DNA of 64,000 nt from Bacteroidota bacterium (lineage in GTDB: Bacteria > Bacteroidota > Bacteroidia > UKL13-3): contig CANKQY010000005.1 in the NCBI GenBank assembly GCA_947485745.1, forward strand, positions 875 through 64,874. The letters run 5' to 3'. The notes under the pieces were generated by a model, which had not been told where the DNA came from, did not search any database, and saw only the letters and a list, made by a program, of their open reading frames with translations. Shown piece by piece: positions 35,933 through 45,065 of this stretch. Each line of letters opens with the position of its first letter. Position 1 is the stretch's first letter. The position numbers were made by a program, and so were the translations under genes.

Positions 35933-37300
35933 TTATTTTTTTCTCGCCCTATTTCTTTCAACAGCCCTGTTTCTGGGCTTTGTTTTATTTGGGTTTCGTT
36001 TTCTTGGTCCGCCTAAATTTTCTTTTTTGTTCTTGGCTTTCTTCTCGTGTACAACAGGTCTGGTATCTTTGTTTTTAGCGTTTTTGTTATGGTTTTTTTG
36101 AATCACCTGTGGCAATTCATCCTCCGTAAAAATGGAAGAAATGGGCACTTCTTTTGGAATTCTTTTCCTGGTAACACTCAATTTCATCAGAGCTTCAATG
36201 CTTTCTAAATAAGGACTTTCAACCTCATTGAAAAAAGTAATTGCAGTACCTGCCCTGCCAGCTCTACCAGTTCTACCAATTCTATGTATATAATCTCCTG
36301 CCTCTTTGGGTGTATCAAAATTGATTACATGTGATACTTCCAAAATGTCGAGACCACGCGCAGCAATATCTGTTGCAATTAAAATTCGGTTCATACCTTT
36401 ATGGAAATTTTCTAAAGTAGCAAACCTCACAACCTGAGATTTTCCTGAATGAATGAGTGATAATTCCTCTTCAAATACTTTAGAAAGTTGGGCAAACAAC
36501 CTATCTGCCAATTTAATATTTCCAACAAAAATCATCACCTTACTGAATTCTTTTTTGTCGGTCAACAGGTTCTCAAGCAAGCTTACTTTGGTATAATAAT
36601 TTGGACCATCATAAGCGAATTGCTTTATTTTATCTATTGGCGTGCCATGCGCAGCTATCTCAATTTTCTGGGCATTGGTGGTAAAAGTTTCTATCAATAC
36701 CTGCACATTTTCTCCCATGGTAGCTGAAAAAAATATGTTTTGAACCTTAGATGGCAGCAGATCTAAAATGGTATTTAATTGAGCCCTAAATCCTAGATCC
36801 ATCATTTCATCTACCTCATCAATGATAAAATGCTTAACCGATTTCAAGCGAAGAATACCCAACATGGCCAAATCAACTAACCTTCCGGGTGTTGAAACCA
36901 AAATATCTAAACCAGCAAGAACCGTCTTCTTTTGTGGGTTTATATTGATACCTCCATAAATACCTGCAACCCGAATGCTCATATAAACGGTGAGTTTTTC
37001 AATTTCAGCTACTACCTGACTCACTAATTCTCTTGTAGGCACAATGATGAGAACAGTGGGGTTTTTATCCTCTGAATATTTATGCTGTCTGAGGATAGGA
37101 AGCAAGTATGCAAAGGTTTTTCCAGTTCCAGTTTGGGCAATTCCAACCACATCTTTACCCGACATAATCACCGAAAATGACTTTTCTTGGATAGGAGTTG
37201 GATGTATATATGCTAAATCGTTAAGTGCGTTGAGTAGTGGTTTATTTAAATTTAAATCTTCAAAATTAAGCATACTTTTTTTGTAAAGGTCGGTAATCAA
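35933..37300 (-). CDS. DEAD-box ATP-dependent RNA helicase with a Lys/Arg-rich C-terminal tail
   Basis: It has the Q-motif region, AQTGTGKT, DEVD (the DEAD variant in IIDEVDEMM), SAT, and HRIGRTGRAG. The basic tail is KNHNKNAKNK...NRARKK. Confidence 0.9.
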   Translation of the reverse strand: MITDLYKKSMLNFEDLNLNKPLLNALNDLAYIHPTPIQEKSFSVIMSGKDVVGIAQTGTGKTFAYLLPILRQHKYSEDKNPTVLIIVPTRELVSQVVAEIEKLTVYMSIRVAGIYGGININPQKKTVLAGLDILVSTPGRLVDLAMLGILRLKSVKHFIIDEVDEMMDLGFRAQLNTILDLLPSKVQNIFFSATMGENVQVLIETFTTNAQKIEIAAHGTPIDKIKQFAYDGPNYYTKVSLLENLLTDKKEFSKVMIFVGNIKLADRLFAQLSKVFEEELSLIHSGKSQVVRFATLENFHKGMNRILIATDIAARGLDILEVSHVINFDTPKEAGDYIHRIGRTGRAGRAGTAITFFNEVESPYLESIEALMKLSVTRKRIPKEVPISSIFTEDELPQVIQKNHNKNAKNKDTRPVVHEKKAKNKKENLGGPRKRNPNKTKPRNRAVERNRARKK

Positions 37301-37330
37301 TCGGATAAATAGGCAATTCTATTTAGTTAA

Positions 37331-38341
37331 CTAAATTCCGAGCCATTCTTTTGCGGTATTTCTCAATAGCTTTATTTTGGTTTCTTCGTCAACGTCTTTC
37401 ATCAATTCAATAAACTTGCCATGCTCCAAATCGCCCAATGGGAAGGGGAAATCAGAACCCATAGCAATTTTATCCGCCCCAAACATTTTTAATAAAAAGG
37501 CAAAAGTATCATCGTCGTGAACCAATGAATCAATATAAAATTTATCAGTATAATTCCTAGGTTCATCTACTTTATGTACATTACATAAATCTGGTCTAGC
37601 ATGGTAGGCATGAGAAATTCTACCTATAGTTTGCGGAAAGCAGCCACCACCATGAGCAAACAAGACTCTTAGTTTTGGAAATTTATCAAAAATGCCACCA
37701 AACAACATACTGCAAATGGCCAAAGAAGTTTCAGCGGGCATACCAATTAACCATGGAAGAAAGTACTTAGGCATCTTATCTTGTCCCATCATATCCCATG
37801 GATGAACAAAAATACACATGCCTAATTTTTCGGCTGTTTCATAAAAGGGGTAATAATATTCATCGTCTAGGTTGCGGTGTTCAATATGTGTTCCAATTTC
37901 TATGCCTGGCAAATTTAATTCGTGCTTGCACCGGGATAACTCTTCGCAGGCCAAATTAATATCTTGCATGGGAAGCGTTCCCAAGCCAACAAATCGAGTA
38001 GGGTAGGTTTCTTGGATTTTAGCTACATGGTTGTTATAGTATTGTGCCCACTCCAAAGTATGTTTTGGTTCAGCCCAATAATAAAACAAAACGGGCACAA
38101 TGCTTAATGCCATTAATTCAACATCATGTTTGTCCATGTGCTCAATGATGCTTTCAGGATTCCAACATAATTCATCAATGGTACGAAAGAAGGTACCATC
38201 TGCTTTCATCATATTGGCCCTGCCTGGTTGAAAATGGTCTAAATAAATAAACGCATCGCCATAACCATACTTATCTTTAAGATTGGGCATATTTTCTGGC
38301 AAAATATGCGCATGGACATCAATTTTTTTGTAATTTTTCAT
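37331..38341 (-). CDS. 2-amino-3-carboxymuconate-6-semialdehyde decarboxylase (ACMSD), amidohydrolase superfamily
   Basis: 336 aa, collinear by eye with human ACMSD. The metal ligands are DVHAHILP, FVHPWDM and GSDFPFP. Shared blocks include FVGLGTLPMQ, LPWLIGMPAETSLAICSM, FAHGGGCFP and GRISH. Confidence 0.85.
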   Translation of the reverse strand: MKNYKKIDVHAHILPENMPNLKDKYGYGDAFIYLDHFQPGRANMMKADGTFFRTIDELCWNPESIIEHMDKHDVELMALSIVPVLFYYWAEPKHTLEWAQYYNNHVAKIQETYPTRFVGLGTLPMQDINLACEELSRCKHELNLPGIEIGTHIEHRNLDDEYYYPFYETAEKLGMCIFVHPWDMMGQDKMPKYFLPWLIGMPAETSLAICSMLFGGIFDKFPKLRVLFAHGGGCFPQTIGRISHAYHARPDLCNVHKVDEPRNYTDKFYIDSLVHDDDTFAFLLKMFGADKIAMGSDFPFPLGDLEHGKFIELMKDVDEETKIKLLRNTAKEWLGI

Positions 38342-38343
38342 GG

Positions 38344-39138
38344 TTACATTCCATCCCCATCAAGGATGTTTCCTAATCCACCTAGTAAGCCTCCTTCTTC
38401 TCTTCTTCTTCCAAATCCTCCATAGGAGATAATTCTTCCTGCTAGCCTAGAAATAGGCAATGATTGAATCCAAACCTTTCCAGGACCAGTTAAGGTAGCA
38501 AAAAACACACCTTCTCCGCCAAATAATGTATTCTTAACGCCACCTACAAATTGTATGTCGTAATTAACCTCTTTCGTGAATGCAACAATACAACCAGTAT
38601 CAATTTTTAAAACCTCACCTGCTTGCAACTGTCGCTCTTCCACATGTCCGCCTGCATGTAAAAAAGCCATTCCGTCCCCTTCAAGCTTTTCCATGATAAA
38701 ACCTTCGCCGCCAAATAAGCCAGTTCCTAATTTTTTCTGAAATTCAATACCAATACTAACGCCCTTTGCAGCGCATAAAAAAGCATCCTTTTGGCAAGTA
38801 ATTCTGCCTCCCATTCTGCTCAAATCCAATGGAATTATTTTTCCAGGGTAAGGTGCTGCAAAAGTTACAGTTCTTTTGCCTGAAACCATATTGGTGTATG
38901 CAGTCATAAACAAGCTTTCACCCGTTAATAGCCTTTTGCCTGCCGACATTAGTTTGCCAAATATGCCGTTTTCTTGGGCACTGCCATCCCCAAAAATAGT
39001 GTTCATCTGAATGCCATCATTCATCATCATAAAACTACCTGGCTCTGCCATGATGGTTTCTTGTGGGTCTAATTCTATCTCTACACATTGCATTTCACTG
39101 CCAAAAATGCGGTAATCTACTTCATGGTTACTGATCAT
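38344..39138 (-). CDS. TIGR00266 / AIM24 family protein (TRAP-like fold), function unknown
   Basis: It has GSEMQCVEIELDP, GEGFIMEKLEGDGMAFLHAGG, TLTGPGKVWIQSLP and a Gly-rich tail GGLLGGLGNILDG. Its stop is 2 nt from the ACMSD start. The ATG at 39138 is preferred over the TTG at 39171 in the track; either is possible. Confidence 0.7.
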   Translation of the reverse strand: MISNHEVDYRIFGSEMQCVEIELDPQETIMAEPGSFMMMNDGIQMNTIFGDGSAQENGIFGKLMSAGKRLLTGESLFMTAYTNMVSGKRTVTFAAPYPGKIIPLDLSRMGGRITCQKDAFLCAAKGVSIGIEFQKKLGTGLFGGEGFIMEKLEGDGMAFLHAGGHVEERQLQAGEVLKIDTGCIVAFTKEVNYDIQFVGGVKNTLFGGEGVFFATLTGPGKVWIQSLPISRLAGRIISYGGFGRRREEGGLLGGLGNILDGDGM

Positions 39139-39263
39139 AATTTGATATTTTGTTGGACCAAAAATATTCAAAAAATAAGAAACCTAGGCCCATTATTTTA
39201 AGAAATTAGGTTTTATTGTAATTTTTAATTGAAAATGTGGAAATAAATTGCTTATTTCGTAAG

Positions 39264-39911
39264 ATGCGAGTAGGGCTAATAGTTGGTATTTCTGGATATA
39301 TAGGCAGGTCCTTAATGGAGTCTTTGCTTAGCAACCGGCACTACAAAAAAGTGGTTGTGTTAACTCGTAGAGAAAATAGACGGTTGCGGAATATGCACCT
39401 AAAAAAGGTAAACGTTGACTTTGCTGCCATTGAAAATTACTCTGAAGAATTTAACGATGTAAATGATGTTTATTGCTTATTGGGGACGGATTACATCAAT
39501 ACGCTCAATTTAGAGGATTCATCCATGTTTGAGTATGAATATCCACTTAGCATTGCTAAAGTGGCAAAAAAACAAGGGGTGAAGAGTTTTTTTTTAATTA
39601 ATCCCTCCAAAGCTAGCGTTACATCAAACGTTGAAAAGTTTAAACTTAGGGCAAAATTAGCCGCTGAAATCAAACAACTTGGCTTCGAGAACTTCTATGT
39701 TTTTAATGTCAATAAAATTGGTAAATCTGTTAATTTATCAAGTGGATTATTTGTCATGAATAAAAGCATTGGTAATGTAGTAAACATCATTGGATTTGGC
39801 TTGTTAGACAAGATTAAATCTACACCTGCTAATTTATTAGCCAATAAAATGGTTGAAGTGGCCATTAGCAACCCACTTGAGAAAAAAGAGTTTCACACCA
39901 AAGATTATTAA
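39264..39911 (+). CDS. NAD(P)-binding Rossmann-fold protein (atypical SDR, HTATIP2/YbjT-like), paralog 1
   Basis: The N-terminus is MRVGLIVGISGYIGRS (GxxGxxG). It is collinear with the downstream paralog. The ATG at 39264 is preferred over the GTG at 39237. Confidence 0.55.
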   Translation: MRVGLIVGISGYIGRSLMESLLSNRHYKKVVVLTRRENRRLRNMHLKKVNVDFAAIENYSEEFNDVNDVYCLLGTDYINTLNLEDSSMFEYEYPLSIAKVAKKQGVKSFFLINPSKASVTSNVEKFKLRAKLAAEIKQLGFENFYVFNVNKIGKSVNLSSGLFVMNKSIGNVVNIIGFGLLDKIKSTPANLLANKMVEVAISNPLEKKEFHTKDY

Positions 39912-39921
39912 TATTATTTAA

Positions 39922-40584
39922 TTGAAAAAAGCTTTAGTAATTGGGGCCACTGGGTTGATAGGGCGGAACCTAGTTTTTGAGTTGTTGAAGAGCACTCATT
40001 ATTCTAAAGTAACAGTTTTAGCGCGCAGAGACTTGGTTATTAAACATGATAAACTGCATCAAATTTTACTCGATTTTGATGATTTGGATCAATACAAAAA
40101 TGAAATGATTGTTGATGATGTATTTTGCTGTTTAGGTTCAACCAAAGCCAAAACGCCCGATACAATTTTATACAAACAAATTGATTTTGATTATCCCTTA
40201 AAGGTTGCCGAAATTGCCAAAGCAAACGGTGCAACCCAATTTTTATTAGTTAGTTCCTTAGGGGCAAGCATTGATTCTTCGATATTTTATAGCAAATTAA
40301 AAGGTGAGGTTGAGGCAGCAATTGCTAGCATTGGCTATACTTCTTTGAGCATTTTCAGGCCATCATTATTACTGGGTTCAAGAAATGAAAGTAGGCCACT
40401 CGAAACTATTACGCAATATTTGATGCGCGTGCTCAATCCACTCTTTATTGGGCCATTAAAATTATACAAGGCTATCAAGGGCACCGAGGTTGCAAAAGCC
40501 ATGATCAAAACAGCAATTATCGCTAAGCCTGGTAAAGAAATTATTTTAAATAATAAAATTCTTGATTTGGCTATTAGCCAATAG
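39922..40584 (+). CDS. NAD(P)-binding Rossmann-fold protein (atypical SDR, HTATIP2/YbjT-like), paralog 2
   Basis: The N-terminus is MKKALVIGATGLIGRNLVFELL, with a TTG start. It also has FCCLGST, FLLVSSLGA, the YSKLKGE Tyr-x3-Lys motif, and IFRPSLL. Confidence 0.65.
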   Translation: MKKALVIGATGLIGRNLVFELLKSTHYSKVTVLARRDLVIKHDKLHQILLDFDDLDQYKNEMIVDDVFCCLGSTKAKTPDTILYKQIDFDYPLKVAEIAKANGATQFLLVSSLGASIDSSIFYSKLKGEVEAAIASIGYTSLSIFRPSLLLGSRNESRPLETITQYLMRVLNPLFIGPLKLYKAIKGTEVAKAMIKTAIIAKPGKEIILNNKILDLAISQ

Positions 40585-40645
40585 CTAATGGCCAATAGCT
40601 CAAGGCCAACAGCTAACAGCTAATGGCCAACAGCTAAAGGCTTTT
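40576..40645. repeat. Degenerate heptanucleotide tandem array (about 10 units, alternating AGCTAAY / GGCCAAY)
   Basis: Read in 7-mers from 40576: AGCCAAT AGCTAAT GGCCAAT AGCTCAA GGCCAAC AGCTAAC AGCTAAT GGCCAAC AGCTAAA GGCTTTT. The array starts inside the last codons of the upstream gene (stop TAG at 40582-40584). It fills the 67-bp gap to the convergent gene. Confidence 0.8.
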
Positions 40646-40651
40646 CCTATA

Positions 40652-41494
40652 CTAAACACAAGTATAAAAATATACTACTAAACCCAATATAACCATTGTG
40701 TTTCCGATCCATTCCCACGCATTTAATTTCTCTTTAAATAAGAAATATCCTGCCAACAAGGAATAAGGAAAAAAAGCTAATTGCATAAATCCAAGCACAT
40801 TCAAGGAAAATTTTTGGTAACTTAAATTTACCAATACTGAACCTAAAATAGTAAAGATAGCAATGGCCATTATTTTATAATCTTTAACCGGTGGACTCAG
40901 TATCCTGAAGGTATGATCATTTAAAATTAAATAAAATGCAGATAAAATTAAGATGGTAAACTCCATTATCCATGTACCCCAAATTGCACTGGTATTTGCC
41001 AATGGAATGCTTAATAAGGCATAACCAAAGCCCCAGCATATGGCACTAATTAAAGCGTCTAGTAAACCTTTATGATTTCCTGTTTTTCTCCATTGAATTA
41101 TAATGCCAAGTATGGAAAGAAAAGCTGAAACGTAAAACCAATTGTTTACTTGTTCATGGTTTAAAACTATACCTAAGCCATAATGTATAAATGCCCCACA
41201 AATTCCTATTACAGCAACATTTACAAAGTGTAATGTTTGAATTGCCTTTACATAATAAAATAATCCTAGGGTACATAAAACACTGCAAAACAATAAAACT
41301 CCAATGGTATTATAGTTTGGAAGATTACCCAAATCTCCAGAAGAAACTAACCATAAAGATGCTAAGGCCACAGTTAAAACAGATCTAATGTATATCAACC
41401 TGCCAGCGCTATGATTCCCACTACCTAATTTAATAAATAAATCGGCAAGAAAGTAGGAGGTATTTACTGCCAAAGAAAACCAAATAGCATTCAC
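40652..41494 (-). CDS. Multi-pass membrane protein, DMT/EamA-like transporter (tentative)
   Basis: 280 aa with about 10 hydrophobic helices in two similar halves. No diagnostic motif recognised. Confidence 0.45.
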   Translation of the reverse strand: MNAIWFSLAVNTSYFLADLFIKLGSGNHSAGRLIYIRSVLTVALASLWLVSSGDLGNLPNYNTIGVLLFCSVLCTLGLFYYVKAIQTLHFVNVAVIGICGAFIHYGLGIVLNHEQVNNWFYVSAFLSILGIIIQWRKTGNHKGLLDALISAICWGFGYALLSIPLANTSAIWGTWIMEFTILILSAFYLILNDHTFRILSPPVKDYKIMAIAIFTILGSVLVNLSYQKFSLNVLGFMQLAFFPYSLLAGYFLFKEKLNAWEWIGNTMVILGLVVYFYTCV

Positions 41495-41507
41495 GGTTTT
41501 CTGCCGA

Positions 41508-42455
41508 TTAAATTAAGTGATTAATTGCCTGAATGGTATTTTGTTCAACCCTTTGCAATACTTCATTATAGTCTTGTTTTTGAAAAGATTTTCCTGTTAT
41601 TTTTTCGAATAATTCAATATACCTATTGGTAATTAAAGAGATAAATTCTTGACCTAAAATAGGTACTGATTGTCCTTCCAAACCCTGAAAATTATTCTCA
41701 ATAAGCCATTGCCTTACAAACTCTTTTGATAGTTGCCTCTGCTGCTGGTTATGGCTTTGAATGGCATCATAAGTATCTGCATAAAAGTACCTGCTCGAAT
41801 CGGGTGTATGAATTTCATCCATCAACAAAATAACACCATCCTTTTTTCCAAACTCATATTTAGTATCAACCAAAATCAATCCTTGTTTTTTTGCATAGGC
41901 TGATCCAAAAGAAAACAGTTTTCTGGTATAATCTTCTATGACCAAATAATCTGCCTCTGATACCAATCCCAATTCAAAAATACCTTCACGCGAAACGTCT
42001 TCATCATGACCTTCACTGGCCTTTATGGTTGGCGTAATAATGGGTTCAGGAAATGGATCATTTTCTTCTAAGCCATCTGGCATGGCAACACCACAAATAA
42101 CTCTTTTGCCACTCTTATATTCGCGCCAAGCATGTCCTGCCAAGTAGCCTCTAATAACCATTTCTACTTTGAAAGGCTCACAATAATGTCCTATGGTAAC
42201 ATTTGGATCAGGACTAGCTACATGCCAATTTGGAACCATGTCTTTGGTTAGGGTTAAAAAGTGCTCAGCTATTTGGTTCAAAACCTGACCTTTAAAAGGA
42301 ATGGCATTAGGTAAAACAACATCAAATGCTGAAATACGATCGGAAGCCACCATTACTAAAAACATGTTATTGATATTATATACATCGCGTACTTTACCAC
42401 GATAAAAACTTTTTTGGCCTTTAAAACTAAATTCAGTAGAAACTAGGGCTTCCAT
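41508..42455 (-). CDS. purC: Phosphoribosylaminoimidazole-succinocarboxamide synthase (long form)
   Basis: [28 protein letters not shown]...[14 protein letters not shown] is typical of the Bacteroidota/eukaryote-type SAICAR synthase. The start is moved to the ATG at 42455 by homolog N-terminus. Confidence 0.9.
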   Translation of the reverse strand: MEALVSTEFSFKGQKSFYRGKVRDVYNINNMFLVMVASDRISAFDVVLPNAIPFKGQVLNQIAEHFLTLTKDMVPNWHVASPDPNVTIGHYCEPFKVEMVIRGYLAGHAWREYKSGKRVICGVAMPDGLEENDPFPEPIITPTIKASEGHDEDVSREGIFELGLVSEADYLVIEDYTRKLFSFGSAYAKKQGLILVDTKYEFGKKDGVILLMDEIHTPDSSRYFYADTYDAIQSHNQQQRQLSKEFVRQWLIENNFQGLEGQSVPILGQEFISLITNRYIELFEKITGKSFQKQDYNEVLQRVEQNTIQAINHLI

Positions 42456-42554
42456 AATTGCAATATTTAATGCTGCAATATGCATAAAAAGTTAAGAAGT
42501 ATCAAACAACTCAACCATTTGATATTCCTAATATAAGAATATAAAACTAGAGCC

Positions 42555-44450
42555 CTAAGGCATGATTTTTATTTCGGTACGTCGGTTTTGAGCACGACCT
42601 TCTATCGTTTTATTATCTGCAATTGGTTGTGTATCGGCATAACCCTTAGAGCTTAACCGAGTTATTGGAACGCCTGTAGCCACTAAATAATCCTTAACAG
42701 CCTTTGATCTATTTGCAGATAATAATGAGTTTTTATTAATGTCGCCAGTATTATCTGTGTGTCCGCCAATTTCAATTTTTACCTTAGGATTATTAGCCAA
42801 AAACTGAACCAGCTTGTTCAATTCTGCTTTTGAATCTGGTTTTAAATCAAATTTATCTGAGTCGAAGAAAATATTCTTTAATACCACTTTAGCACCGGGT
42901 GTTATAGGTTGCAATGGAACTGAGAGCACCAAAGGGTCAGTGGCATCTTGGTTTTGTAAACTAAAATTTTCAGAATAGAATAAATAACCTGCTGCGCCAA
43001 CATTAAGTGCATAGTTTTTATTTCCCTGCAGGCATACTAAAAATTCACCACTTACTTTATTTGAATAGGATTCAATGACCACCCGGCCGCTTGATAATTC
43101 TATTAATTCAACTTTCGCTGATATCTTCTTTTTAGTAACCGCATCAAAAACAACTCCTTTTGCATAGCCAGTTTTTTGAGGTCGAGCAGATTCATACAAT
43201 TCAAAACTATAGATATCTAATCCACCTTTGCTATCTTCTCCCTCTTTTGCCAAAAAAGCATCTTTGCCATTTGAGGCAATAACCAAGCAGGTTTCATCTT
43301 TGTCGCTATTAATTGGATAGCCCAAATTTGTTGGCTTTTGCCATCTTCCATCTGCCGCTCTTCTGGTAAAAAATAAATCAACTCCTCCCATTCCAGGATG
43401 GCCATCGCTGTTAAAATATAAAGTTTGATCATCCTTTGCTATATAAGGCGACTGCTCATCGCCAACTGAGTTAATTTCTGGACCGGCATTAATAGGAGGT
43501 GTCCACCTGCCCCCTTTGAAAGTGGTATACCAAATATCACTTTGGCCATAGCCACCTGGTCTGTTACTGCTAAAATAAAGCGTTCTGCCATCAAAGCTTA
43601 GGCAAGGCTGACTCTCCCAAGATGCACTGTTTACAGGTGGTCCAAGGTTAATTGGTTCAGACCAAGTATTGCCATCTAATTTACTCAAGAACAAATCGCA
43701 GCTTCCGTTTGCGCCAGGTCTGTTACAAGCTGTATAAAAAATATACTGACCATCGGCAGAAAGGGAAACTGTACCTTCATTTCTTTCCGTATTAATTGGG
43801 TAGCCCATATTTTCTGCAAAAGTATATTTGCCATCCACCTTTGTGCTCCTATAAAATTCTTCATCTCTACCATTAACCAAACGCGTAAAGATCAACACCT
43901 GTTCGTCGGCTGTAATTCCTGGAAAGTATTCATTGTCCATTGAATTAACCATGTTTCCTAAGTTTACAGGTTTAAACGGGAAAGGACTAAGAATGGCTTT
44001 TCTTGAAAAATCAGAATTGGTTTGTATCACTTTTGCTTGATCTGCCTTTTGATAGTAATCTGGAAAGCCCATAAATTTTTCGGTATCCTTAAATGCCTCA
44101 TCGTATTTTTTGGTGGCAAAATAGCATTTACTTCTTCCAAAATAACTCATAGGAAATTCGGGGTTGATCCCAACAATTTTAGTGTATAAGGCAATAGCAT
44201 CCTCATACTTTTCATTGTCTTTTTTAATTTCGGCCTGCATCATATAAGCATCAATAAAACTTGGATCAAGTGCAACTGCTTTATCGAGCCAGCTATTTGC
44301 CTTTAAATAATCTTGCAATTGAAAAGTTTTCAATGCTTCCCCAAAATAATATTCTGCTTTTTTATTTTTGGTTCCACTAAAGGGTAATTCCTGAGCAATT
44401 ATGCTCAAGGCTGGTAAAAGTAGGAAAAGGAAAATGCTTAATTTCTTCAT
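42555..44450 (-). CDS. OmpA-family protein with N-terminal TPR, TolB-like beta-propeller repeats and a C-terminal OmpA peptidoglycan-binding domain
   Basis: 631 aa with a signal peptide. Repeated EYFPGITADEQ, EGTVSLSADGQ, ESQPCLSFDGR and EQSPYIAKDDQ blades are present. The C-terminal part has FDSDKFDLKP...GHTDNTGD...NRRTEIKI. Confidence 0.85.
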   Translation of the reverse strand: MKKLSIFLFLLLPALSIIAQELPFSGTKNKKAEYYFGEALKTFQLQDYLKANSWLDKAVALDPSFIDAYMMQAEIKKDNEKYEDAIALYTKIVGINPEFPMSYFGRSKCYFATKKYDEAFKDTEKFMGFPDYYQKADQAKVIQTNSDFSRKAILSPFPFKPVNLGNMVNSMDNEYFPGITADEQVLIFTRLVNGRDEEFYRSTKVDGKYTFAENMGYPINTERNEGTVSLSADGQYIFYTACNRPGANGSCDLFLSKLDGNTWSEPINLGPPVNSASWESQPCLSFDGRTLYFSSNRPGGYGQSDIWYTTFKGGRWTPPINAGPEINSVGDEQSPYIAKDDQTLYFNSDGHPGMGGVDLFFTRRAADGRWQKPTNLGYPINSDKDETCLVIASNGKDAFLAKEGEDSKGGLDIYSFELYESARPQKTGYAKGVVFDAVTKKKISAKVELIELSSGRVVIESYSNKVSGEFLVCLQGNKNYALNVGAAGYLFYSENFSLQNQDATDPLVLSVPLQPITPGAKVVLKNIFFDSDKFDLKPDSKAELNKLVQFLANNPKVKIEIGGHTDNTGDINKNSLLSANRSKAVKDYLVATGVPITRLSSKGYADTQPIADNKTIEGRAQNRRTEIKIMP

Positions 44451-44486
44451 TGACTATTTTTGGTGAATGCTTAATATGATTTATAC

Positions 44487-44987
44487 TTAATTTATTGGTA
44501 AGCCTTTTGGATTTAAATAGGCAATAACTCTCCCCGTTCTTGCCTGAACCAATCTCCAATTATTTTCTTGGAAACCTACAACAACAATGCCAGAAGTAGG
44601 AATATGTTCTGCAAAGGTTGAGGTTAAATATCCTATAATACTGGTTATAGATGGATTATGTCCTACTAACATGATGGTTGAATTCATTTCATCTAATTCA
44701 TGAATCACATGCATCAGGTCATTGATTCCAGCCTCATAAATATTGCTGTCGAATGCAATTTGGCTTTCATTCATTTGCAATTCTTTGGCCATTATTTTAC
44801 TTGTTTTCATTGTTCTTTTGGCAGGGCTAGATACAATTAGCTCTGGCTGAAAATTAGTTTTAATAAGCGCCAATGCCATACATACGGCGTCTTTTTTGCC
44901 TCTTTCATCTAGGTCGCGTTCAAAATCAGAACCATCAGCAGACTCCTTGAGCGCTTTGGCATGCCTCATAAAAATAAGGTATTTCAT
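44487..44987 (-). CDS. sixA: Histidine phosphatase family protein (SixA-like phosphohistidine phosphatase)
   Basis: 166 aa. The RHA catalytic motif is in MKYLIFMRHAKA. It also has SSPAKRTMKT and LVGHNP. Confidence 0.75.
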   Translation of the reverse strand: MKYLIFMRHAKALKESADGSDFERDLDERGKKDAVCMALALIKTNFQPELIVSSPAKRTMKTSKIMAKELQMNESQIAFDSNIYEAGINDLMHVIHELDEMNSTIMLVGHNPSITSIIGYLTSTFAEHIPTSGIVVVGFQENNWRLVQARTGRVIAYLNPKGLPIN

Positions 44988-45065
44988 TTGGATAATTTTT
45001 TTATAAATGTATGATTATACCTTAAATTTAAAAATAATATCCTGTTCAATTAAAATAATTTGTTA

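Noticed and set aside
35913-36101. 62-aa + strand hydrophobic ORF
   Set aside because: It is the antisense reading of the Lys/Arg-rich tail of the DEAD-box helicase, where AAA/AAG codons read as TTT/CTT. This is an artefact.
40576-40645. Possibility that the short tandem repeats (here and at 62571-62633) are CRISPR arrays
   Set aside because: The period is 7 bp with no unique spacers, the arrays are under 100 bp, and no cas genes are present.
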